Origin: Gaiellales bacterium
GTDB taxonomy: Bacteria; Actinomycetota; Thermoleophilia; Gaiellales; JAICJC01
Length of the DNA stretch: 64,000 nt
Direction: 5' to 3'
Assembly (NCBI GenBank): GCA_038230835.1
Contig: JBBRMM010000008.1
Location: forward strand, 4,721 to 68,720
Position numbers and translations under genes: made by a program. The notes below the pieces were generated by a model. That model was not told the origin of the DNA, did no database searches, and saw only the letters and a list, made by a program, of their open reading frames with translations. This document shows, piece after piece, positions 8,989-16,406 of this stretch. Each line of letters opens with the position of its first letter. Position 1 is the stretch's first letter.

Positions 8989-10005
8989 CTACGCGGGCGA
9001 GAAGCCGCGGCGGATGGCGCCGCACACGCGGCGGCCCAGCATGAGCGCGACCACATTCGCAGAGGTGATCAACGCCATGCCCAGCAGGCCGTGAACCGTC
9101 GGTGACAAAAGCATCTGCAGGATCGCATGGCCCGAAGCGGCGTCGTTTGTGGCTGGCGCGTCGCTGACCGCCCAAGCTACCAAGCCGCACTCGGCGATCA
9201 TCACCACCGCCGTTAGGGTCAGGCGGGCGCTTGAGAGGGGTGGCAGCGCAACGGGTTTGCCGAGCAGCGCATCGACGCGGAGGTTGAGCGTCCCGTCGCC
9301 AAACGACACTGTCCCGGCCGGGCCGGGGGCGCTGACGGTGAGCAGCGCCGAGCCGAAGGCACGGGATCCGACCCGATCGATTGCCGCCCGATCGGCCGCG
9401 AGTTCCTTCCTCACGAAGTAGCGGTCGCGGAGATCGGCCGCCAACGGGAGCCAGAAGAATGCGCTACTGGCGCATCGCGCGAACAGCATCCACGCTGGGT
9501 CATACACTCGCGCATGTTCGGCCTCATGGGCGACAACCGCTGCCAGCTCGCCTTCCGACAGCACGTCGATCAACGCCGAGGTGACGATGATCCTGCGGCG
9601 AAGCAGTCCCCAGCAAAAGCTGGTAGGCGCCTCGGCCGGGATGGCGCACACGATCCTCGGATCGGCGCCGGCCTGCTCGCACGCCGCCGCGAGCCGGCTT
9701 GACGTCTCGGCCAGCGCGAGCAGCGGCCTGACTGCCAGGCGGGTGCGAAGCATCTGCCTCGATACGCTCCAAAGCCCACGGGTCGCCGCCAGGCCAAGCA
9801 GCGCAACGGCAATCAACGCCGGCGCCGGTGCGGACAGGGCGAGCGTGAGCAGCGCGTAGCAGGCGGCGAACGCGCCGATCAACGCCAGTACGGCCTGCCA
9901 CGTCGCGGCCGTCCCGACCACCACAAGCACGACTGCAGGCAACCCGGCACCCGCGAAGAGCAGGCACACAAGGGGGGCGAGGTCGCGACTTGGCCGCTCA
10001 CGCAT
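8989..10005 (-). CDS. M56-family (BlaR1-like) membrane zinc metalloprotease without a penicillin-binding sensor domain
   Basis: ORF 8989..10209, trimmed to MRERPS, which overlaps the blaI stop by 8 nt (ATGCGTGA). HEAEH (HExxH) and several TM helices are present. Confidence 0.8.
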   Translation of the reverse strand: MRERPSRDLAPLVCLLFAGAGLPAVVLVVVGTAATWQAVLALIGAFAACYALLTLALSAPAPALIAVALLGLAATRGLWSVSRQMLRTRLAVRPLLALAETSSRLAAACEQAGADPRIVCAIPAEAPTSFCWGLLRRRIIVTSALIDVLSEGELAAVVAHEAEHARVYDPAWMLFARCASSAFFWLPLAADLRDRYFVRKELAADRAAIDRVGSRAFGSALLTVSAPGPAGTVSFGDGTLNLRVDALLGKPVALPPLSSARLTLTAVVMIAECGLVAWAVSDAPATNDAASGHAILQMLLSPTVHGLLGMALITSANVVALMLGRRVCGAIRRGFSPA

Positions 10006-10465
10006 CGCTGACTCGCTTTCGCAACTCTGCCGTGCGGGCGGGGTCGAGGTCGTCGGCTGCCTCCACGATCCGGGCAAGCGCGACATCGCCGAAGTCGGCG
10101 ACCAGGCGACCGAGCAGCGAGCCGGCAAGCTCGGAGACAAAGTCGTCGCGGCTCTTCGTTGGCTGGTAGCGATAGCCGCGGCCCTCGTGCTCGCGGGCGA
10201 GCAGGCCACGTTCGTGCAGCCGCACCATCATCGTCATCACCGTCGTATAGGCGACCTTCCCAGGCATCTGCTCGAGCACCTCGCGCACCGTGCCAGTGCC
10301 TCGTTTCCACAGGATCGACATGACGGTGGCCTGCTGGTCGCCGAGGTACTTGGCGACCGGATCGCCTGAGCCGAAGTCGGACCGCGGGTAGCGACGGTAG
10401 TTGGGCACCGCTCCTAGTATCGCATCCACGTGCGAGGATCGATCTCGGTCGTAGTCCTCAGTCAA
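9998..10465 (-). CDS. BlaI/MecI/CopY-family winged-helix repressor
   Basis: 155-aa ORF with ...VMSILWKRGTGTVREVLEQMPGKVAYTTVMTMMVRLHERGLLAREHEGRGYRYQPT.... Confidence 0.85.
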   Translation of the reverse strand: MTEDYDRDRSSHVDAILGAVPNYRRYPRSDFGSGDPVAKYLGDQQATVMSILWKRGTGTVREVLEQMPGKVAYTTVMTMMVRLHERGLLAREHEGRGYRYQPTKSRDDFVSELAGSLLGRLVADFGDVALARIVEAADDLDPARTAELRKRVSDA

Positions 10466-10931
10466 GGCGTTCCATGTCCGCGTCGATCCGCGCCGCGAGC
10501 GCGGGATCGGGCGCAGAGGGCTCCCCGCCTATCGCGGTGGCGCCGCGGCGGTGCGACCATTGCCACGCTAGGCCGAGGACGATCCCAGCGCCACCCAGGA
10601 GGAGGAGGCTGGGCACGAGCCAGGCCAGCATGTCGAACCCCTGAAACGGCGGTGCCGCCAGGATCCGAGTGCCGAATCGGTCGATCAACGCCTGCTTGGT
10701 GCGCTGCTCGCTCCAACCGGCGTCGTGACGCTGTTGGACGAAGCTTCGGATGTCCTGCGCAGCTTGAGAGTCCGACTGGTCAAGCGGCACGTGGCAAGTG
10801 GGGCACATCAACTGACTCTCAAGATCCTGCGGCGACCAGCCATGATTCGCCGCCTCCGCCGCCGGATTGACAAGGATGAAGACACCGGCCGCGATGAGCA
10901 CGATTCTGACTGCAAGCGCGAAGCGCGTCAT
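10458..10931 (-). CDS. CcmH/NrfF/CycL-like protein (CPTC motif) with C-terminal TM
   Basis: 157-aa ORF with a signal peptide, LESQLMCPTCHVPLDQSDS, ...ILAAPPF.. and a TM helix. No other Ccm genes are nearby. Confidence 0.8.
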   Translation of the reverse strand: MTRFALAVRIVLIAAGVFILVNPAAEAANHGWSPQDLESQLMCPTCHVPLDQSDSQAAQDIRSFVQQRHDAGWSEQRTKQALIDRFGTRILAAPPFQGFDMLAWLVPSLLLLGGAGIVLGLAWQWSHRRGATAIGGEPSAPDPALAARIDADMERLD

Positions 10932-11530
10932 CCGCCTGCCTTGCGGATCCCGTCGGCGAGACTGGTGTCGCTTACCGTGCCTGGGTCGTGCGCCACGATC
11001 CGACCTTGGCGGTCGATGTAGTACGTCTCGGGAACGCCGGTCAGCCCGTAGTTCTCATAGGTCGAGTTGGACTTATCCCACACCGCGGTGTAGGTGACGC
11101 CGTAGCGGCGCAGAAAGCCGATCGCGTCGCCGCGTAGATCCTGCACGTCGACGCCGATGAACACGACGCGCGGGTTGCTCGCCGCGGCGTCGACCAGCAG
11201 CCTGGCCTCGGCGCGACACGCGACACACCAACTGGCCCAGAAGTTCAGCACCACCGGATGCCCACGCAGCCCGCCGAGATCGAGCCCACCGTTGCCGATC
11301 GCCTGTGCGACAGCCGGAGAGGGTGAGCCGCTGGGTGGCCAGAACAATTCAAGCTTGAACAGGGGCGCGGCCGGCTTATTCCCCGCCGCGATCTCCGAGA
11401 CCAGCGTGCCTCCCTGCGAGGACTTGACCAGACCGTAGGCAAACAGCGCCATCACCCCAACGACAGCGACCACGCCGCCAAGCGGGACGAACCACCTCAG
11501 ACCGCGCCAAACTCTCGTCATGGCGCCCAC
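10928..11530 (-). CDS. TlpA/ResA/CcmG-like membrane-anchored thioredoxin
   Basis: 200-aa ORF with an N-terminal TM and VVLNFWASWCVACRAE. Confidence 0.85.
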   Translation of the reverse strand: MGAMTRVWRGLRWFVPLGGVVAVVGVMALFAYGLVKSSQGGTLVSEIAAGNKPAAPLFKLELFWPPSGSPSPAVAQAIGNGGLDLGGLRGHPVVLNFWASWCVACRAEARLLVDAAASNPRVVFIGVDVQDLRGDAIGFLRRYGVTYTAVWDKSNSTYENYGLTGVPETYYIDRQGRIVAHDPGTVSDTSLADGIRKAGG

Positions 11531-11609
11531 CCGGTCGGGTGGTCGGCGATCTGATCGCTCGCTTGGACCGAGGGCAGCGCCGACCTTGGCGATTGGGGTC
11601 TGCTCGGGC

Positions 11610-12344
11610 TCAAAGGTTCGACCACCAGTCGAGATGCAGGCGCTCCAGCAGGTGCTGGGCGTAGATGTTCACGATGTAGAGCTGATTGGTCGCAAGCAGG
11701 TAGCCCATGACGATCAGAACCAGGCCCGCGAACCCCTGGAATCCACGGTAGAAGCGGCGCAAGAAGCGGAAGCTGCGCATCGCCTTGGTGAAGCCCAGCG
11801 AGACGAGCAGAAACGGGGCGGCCAAACCGAGGCCGTACACCAGCAGCAGCAGCACGCCTTGGGCCAGCGTCAGCTTCGCGCCCGCCAGCACGAGGATGCT
11901 TCCCAACACCGGTCCAATGCATGGCGTCCAGCAGAACGCGAACGCAACGCCAAGCGCGACCGGCCCGCCACGCGACACCGCGAGCCGCTGCACCGCCACG
12001 CCAGCCGAGCCGATACCAAGCCCCGACAGGGCGATGTCACCGACCATCAACACACCCATCGCCGCCACGAACCCACCAGCGACGACGTTGAACTGGTCGC
12101 GGTGCACGGCAAGCGTCGAGCCAAGCGCGCTTGCGCTCGCCCCCAGGGCCATGAATACCGCGAGGAATCCGACCAAGAAGAACAGACTCGGCACCAGTGC
12201 CCGGCGACCGCTCTGCTGCGCCGCTAGGTTGCCGCCGACGACCGCCGACACATAGCCCGGCACAAGCGGCAGCACGCACGGGCTCAGGAACGACACGAAC
12301 CCGGCCGCGAACGCCAAAGGAAGAAACACCCCACCGACCCGCAT
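11610..12344 (-). CDS. ccdA: CcdA cytochrome-c-biogenesis-type membrane thiol reductase
   Basis: ORF 11610..12410, trimmed to MRVGGVF, which overlaps the upstream stop. Motifs FLSPCVLPLVPGY and FCWTPCIGPVLG. Confidence 0.85.
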   Translation of the reverse strand: MRVGGVFLPLAFAAGFVSFLSPCVLPLVPGYVSAVVGGNLAAQQSGRRALVPSLFFLVGFLAVFMALGASASALGSTLAVHRDQFNVVAGGFVAAMGVLMVGDIALSGLGIGSAGVAVQRLAVSRGGPVALGVAFAFCWTPCIGPVLGSILVLAGAKLTLAQGVLLLLVYGLGLAAPFLLVSLGFTKAMRSFRFLRRFYRGFQGFAGLVLIVMGYLLATNQLYIVNIYAQHLLERLHLDWWSNL

Positions 12345-12922
12345 CACCCCTCCACCTCCACCAACGCGCGATCGAGCGACGCGACAGTCCGCGGCCCAAG
12401 CAGCCGCCACGCGATCCGCCCCTCACGGTCGATCACGAACGTCGTCGGAAGGCCGATGATCCGGTAGCGATCGGCGATCGTCCGGCTCGGATCAGCCACG
12501 ACCGAGTACCGCACGCCGAACACGTGCATAAACCGAAGCGCGGCCCTGCGCGGATCGTTGACATCGATGCCGATCAACACCGCACTGCGCGGATCCAGCG
12601 TCCTCGCGAAGCGCACCAGTTGGGGCGCCTCCTGTCTGCACGGATGACACCAACTCGCCCAGAAGTTGAGAAACACGACCCGTCCCCGATAGGCGCTTAA
12701 CGCCCCTGGACGGCCCTGCAGCGGGTGGCCGCCACGAAGCGACGGCGCCACATGCCGAGCAGCCGCCGGGACGACTGCGTTCGCACGCGCCGGAGCGGAC
12801 GGGGAGCTCCGCAGCAGCCCGCCGGTCATCACGACAGCTGCAGCCAGAAATGCGAGACCCCAGGCGACGCGTCGTATGACGACGAGCCGACCCGCGGCCG
12901 AAGCGATCCTCCCAGTGGACAC
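12344..12922 (-). CDS. TlpA/ResA-like membrane-anchored thioredoxin
   Basis: 192-aa ORF with a TM helix and VVFLNFWASWCHPCRQE. Confidence 0.85.
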   Translation of the reverse strand: MSTGRIASAAGRLVVIRRVAWGLAFLAAAVVMTGGLLRSSPSAPARANAVVPAAARHVAPSLRGGHPLQGRPGALSAYRGRVVFLNFWASWCHPCRQEAPQLVRFARTLDPRSAVLIGIDVNDPRRAALRFMHVFGVRYSVVADPSRTIADRYRIIGLPTTFVIDREGRIAWRLLGPRTVASLDRALVEVEG

Positions 12923-13126
12923 CGACGCAGCGTACCGCAGCTACTACGCACCAGTAATAGAACCGCCACACCGTCGGCGCCGTTCCGCCATCCCGTGGCC
13001 GACGCTCTCAGCACACCCCGCTGATCGACTCGCGAATCGACTCGCTCCCGAGACCGATCCACCGGTCCGAACCAGAGCCGACGCCGGCTCGACCGCGAGT
13101 GGAGAACGCACGTACACTGGTCGCCA

Positions 13127-13631
13127 ATGCAGCACCGTGATTTCCTACTCTCCTCGGTTGTCGTTGCCCTAGGCTGGGGCGGCGCCGCCTGCGGAGGCGG
13201 TGAGTCCAAACCCGTGTCCGCCGGTGATCTGCCGCGCGATTCTCCAAGTACCCGGTGGTGGGCGAGCCCAACGGCGACCTAACCAAGGTCGTCTGGCCCT
13301 CCTTCGTCACCGACGCCCCACCCGAGGTGAAGACCCTCTATGAGTTCCAAATCACCCACGGCGACCTGATGAAGTACATGCCCTGCTACTGCGGCTGCGG
13401 CCAGCGAAGCGGCCACAAGAGCAACCGCGACTGCTACGTCCAGAAAGTCAACCCCGACGGCAGCGTCGTACTCGACTCGATGGCCCCACCTGAGACGTCT
13501 GCATGGGCGTCACCCGTGAGGTGATGAAGCTGAACGCGCAAGGGATGACACCGCGGCGAATTCGCGCCGCCATCGACGACTACACCGACCTGATCGACCA
13601 GGCGACGCCGACGCCATACCCGCCGGCATGA
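13127..13631 (+). pseudogene. PCYCGC-motif lipoprotein gene broken by two -1 frame changes and carrying TGA at the expected first Cys of its CxxC
   Basis: Three consecutive frames. Frame 2 (from 13127): MQHRDFLLSSVVVALGWGGAACGGGE..., a lipoprotein-like signal. Frame 1 (track ORF 13255..13524): ...MKYMPCYCGCGQRSGHKSNRDCY...VVLDSMAP. Frame 3 (from 13494): DVCMGVTREVMKLNAQGMTPRRIRAAIDDY...PYPPA, stopping at 13629-13631. In frame 3, TGA at 13491-13493 directly precedes DVC. Confidence 0.65.
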
Positions 13632-13857
13632 CCGCCGACCGAGGCCGAAATCGCGTACGCGCCGCGGGGCGCGGCGGCTGACGGCCCGCTCCGCCGCGGT
13701 CTTAGGTGGGACTTCCACGCGACGAACGGTACCCACCCCGTGCGGTTCGTTGTCCCAGGACAGGCCCCTCGGCGGGTTGGTCGCGCATGAGCTCTACCGG
13801 CGCGGCGCCGGGGATCGGCGGCACGGCGCCACGGTGCCCGGCGGTCATATAGCCTTC

Positions 13858-14265
13858 ATGGCTGTGAAGACATCAACCGAGAGGGTGGTGCCGCTTGACC
13901 GCTGCCAGGTCAGGTGCGTGGACGCCGAGCGCGTCGCTTCGGTGCGTGAGCGCCTGCCCGACGAGCGCGTCAGCCAAGACCTGGCGGAGACCTTCCGGGT
14001 GCTTTCCGATCCCGGCCGGGTACGGCTAATCGTGGCGCTGATTGAGGGCGGCGAGCTGTGCGTGTGCGATCTAGCGGCCGTGACCGGACTTTCCGAGACG
14101 GCCTGCTCGCATAACCTACGCTTGCTGCGCTCGAGCCGACTCGTCCGCTATCGAAAGCAGGGCCGAAACGTCTACTACACGCTGGACGATGCCCACATCC
14201 GGCTGCTGTTGGACGTCGGCTTGCAGCACGTGACCCACGATGAGTCGGGACGGATCGGTGGCTGA
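13858..14265 (+). CDS. ArsR/SmtB-family metalloregulator
   Basis: ORF 13750..14265, trimmed to MAVKTST. Sequence ...RVLSDPGRVRLIVALIEGGELCVCDLAAVTGLSETACSHNLRLLRSSRLVRYRKQGRNVYYTL. Confidence 0.85.
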   Translation: MAVKTSTERVVPLDRCQVRCVDAERVASVRERLPDERVSQDLAETFRVLSDPGRVRLIVALIEGGELCVCDLAAVTGLSETACSHNLRLLRSSRLVRYRKQGRNVYYTLDDAHIRLLLDVGLQHVTHDESGRIGG

Positions 14266-14995
14266 ACCCACCGCGGCACCGACACGGGCGACGCGATTGC
14301 CGATGGCAGCGGTCCCGGGCCGGCCGGATTCCGACGCCGAGGAACGCGCGGCGCTGCAGCGCCGCGCGCGCTGGTTGGCTATCGGTGGGAATGCTTGGCA
14401 TGTGGTCGAGTTTGCGATCGCCGTGGCCGCTGGTGTCGCGGCCGGTTCGATCGCCCTGGTCGCGTTTGGCCTCGACAGTCTGATCGAGGTCGCTGCCGGG
14501 ACTGTGATTGTGTGGCTGTTCACTGGGCGACGTCTTAGTGATCCGGCGCGAGCCGAGCGTCGCGCCCAACAGTTGATCGCTTTCTCATTCTTCCTCCTCG
14601 CGGGCTATGTGGCGGTGGAGAGCGGGCGCACGCTGCTTGGCGGGCAGCATCCCGACACGAGCTGGGTCGGGATCGGGCTGGCCGCGATCACGGCGCCGAC
14701 GATGCCACTTTTGGCGCGGGCGAAGCGACGAATCGGCGAGCGGCTTGGCTCCAGCGCGACCGTCTCGGAGGGCCAACAGAACATGGTCTGCGCCTACCTC
14801 TCGGTCGCGCTTCTCGTCGGGCTGGGAGCCAACGCGCTGCTGGGCTGGTGGTGGGCCGACCCGACCGCCGCGCTCGTGATCGCTACGGTCGCTGCCCGGG
14901 AAGGGCGTGAGAGCTGGAAGGGCGAGAGCTGCGGCTGCTGTGCCCCAGCCCTGGGAGCGGCAGAGAGCGGCTGCGGCGATGGGGGTTGCTCGTGA
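14240..14995 (+). CDS. Cation-efflux-like membrane transporter (TM domain only) with Cys-rich C-terminus
   Basis: 251-aa ORF with CDF-like TM helices (IALVAFGLDSLIEV...). The tail is ESCGCCAPALGAAESGCGDGGCS. Exact start is uncertain because it overlaps the arsR end. Confidence 0.7.
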   Translation: MSRDGSVAEPTAAPTRATRLPMAAVPGRPDSDAEERAALQRRARWLAIGGNAWHVVEFAIAVAAGVAAGSIALVAFGLDSLIEVAAGTVIVWLFTGRRLSDPARAERRAQQLIAFSFFLLAGYVAVESGRTLLGGQHPDTSWVGIGLAAITAPTMPLLARAKRRIGERLGSSATVSEGQQNMVCAYLSVALLVGLGANALLGWWWADPTAALVIATVAAREGRESWKGESCGCCAPALGAAESGCGDGGCS

Positions 14996-15972
14996 GCGGC
15001 CACCGCGACCACTCGGATGGGCACGACCATTCTCATGGCGTCAGCCCCGATGCCAACCAGCGCCAACTCGCGATCGCTCTTGGCCTGATTGTCGTCTTCA
15101 TGGCCATCGAGATCGTCGTCGGCCTGATCGCCCACTCCCTCGCGTTGCTCTCAGACGCTGGTCACATGCTGACCGACGCCGGCGCGATCGGACTGTCGCT
15201 TTGGACGGCACGACTCGCCTTGCGCCCGGCCAAGGGCACGATGACGTTCGGCCTCAAGCGCGCTGAGATCCTCAGCGCACAGGCCAACGGCATGACGCTC
15301 CTTGTCCTGGCCGTGCTGATCGTAGTTGAGGCGATCCGGCGCATGTTCGCGCCACCCACCGTCGACGCCAAACTGATTCTCGCCATCGCCCTGATCGGCA
15401 TCGTCGTCAACATCGCCGCCACCTGGACGCTGGCCAAGGCCAACCGCCAAAGCCTCAACGTCGAAGGCAGCTTCCAGCACATCCTTACCGACCTCTACGC
15501 GTTCATCGGCACCGCCATCGCCGCCGCCATCATCCTCATCTGGGGCTTCCAGCGCGCCGACCCAGTCGCATCCCTACTCGTCGCTGGGCTGATGCTACGA
15601 GCCGCCTACGGCTTACTGCGGGACTCAGGCCGGATCTTCCTTGAGATGGCACCGAAAGGGATCAACCCCGAAGCAGTCAACGACACGCTCAACACATACC
15701 CCGGCGTAGTTGAGGTGCGTGACCTGCACGTGTGGGAGATCACCTCCGGCATGCCCTCCCTCTCCGCGCAGGTCTTCGTCGGCAGGCAGGTCGACTGCCA
15801 CGCCACCTGCCATGCGCTCAAACACCTGCTCGATGACCGCTTCGGTATCGACCATTCCACGCTTGAGGTCGAACACCAAAATACCAACCAGCCAGCCCGC
15901 GGCTGGGAGTGCGAAGGTACACCCGCCAGCCCTTCCGATTCCCAAGCTGCCCACACGCACCACCACGAATGA
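14986..15972 (+). CDS. czcD: Cation diffusion facilitator, CzcD/ZitB-type
   Basis: 328-aa ORF with a His-rich N-terminus (HRDHSDGHDHSHG), HSLALLSDAGHMLTDA, and a C-terminal cytoplasmic domain. Confidence 0.9.
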   Translation: MLVSGHRDHSDGHDHSHGVSPDANQRQLAIALGLIVVFMAIEIVVGLIAHSLALLSDAGHMLTDAGAIGLSLWTARLALRPAKGTMTFGLKRAEILSAQANGMTLLVLAVLIVVEAIRRMFAPPTVDAKLILAIALIGIVVNIAATWTLAKANRQSLNVEGSFQHILTDLYAFIGTAIAAAIILIWGFQRADPVASLLVAGLMLRAAYGLLRDSGRIFLEMAPKGINPEAVNDTLNTYPGVVEVRDLHVWEITSGMPSLSAQVFVGRQVDCHATCHALKHLLDDRFGIDHSTLEVEHQNTNQPARGWECEGTPASPSDSQAAHTHHHE

Positions 15973-16108
15973 CCCCTAGCGGGCCGGGTGCCTGCCCTCA
16001 AACCGCGCGCAGTATCAGCAATCGGCAAGGCACAGTAGAGCGTCGATTCGAACCGCTGGTCGCCCCTGGAGGGCGCATCCTGGGGCGCGACCACCCTACA
16101 TGCCGCCC

Positions 16109-16179
16109 GGTTGAGCCGAACCGATCCTGTCTTCAAAATCGGCAGGCGCATGTAACCGATGCGTTGGTAGGTTCGGCTC
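16109..16179. repeat. Structured intergenic repeat, copy A
   Basis: GGTTGAGCCGAACCGATCCTGTCTTCAAAATCGGCAGGCGCATGTAACCGATGCGTTGGTAGGTTCGGCTC. A 10-bp closing stem (GAGCCGAACC/GGTTCGGCTC) encloses two hairpins. Shares blocks with copies at 22285 and 27140. Confidence 0.5.
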
Positions 16180-16406
16180 TTGCGCCGCTCCGTTGGTGTT
16201 TCCGCATCGCTAGGCGGGTTCGGTGCGACCGTCGCGGTGGCGGAGGGCGTGGTCGTTGTCTGCGGTGCCGAGGATTCGGAGGTGACTACTGGAGCTGTGC
16301 GCTGATCGGGCCTGCCGGTTGTTGCGACGGGTGGTGTCGACGTTTGCGCTCCGCGCCATTGGAGCCGGGCCGTCACGATCCGGGGGTTGCTGGCGGGCTT
16401 CCTGGG

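Noticed and set aside
16109-16179. Repeat copies A and C read as tRNA-Sec or tRNA-Ser genes, because of anticodon-like 7-nt loops CTTCAAA, CTTGAAA and TTTCAAG
   Set aside because: Only two hairpins lie inside the closing stem. No T arm with a TTCGA loop and no proper D arm can be drawn, and the closing stem is 6-10 bp. The C/G difference in the loop centre simply flips UCA and UGA between copies. This is not a credible tRNA.
16109-16179. Repeats as integron attC sites (GTTGAGC fits GTTRRRY)
   Set aside because: The core-like heptamer lies at the wrong end relative to its inverse partner (an attC runs RYYYAAC...GTTRRRY on either strand). No integron integrase is nearby.
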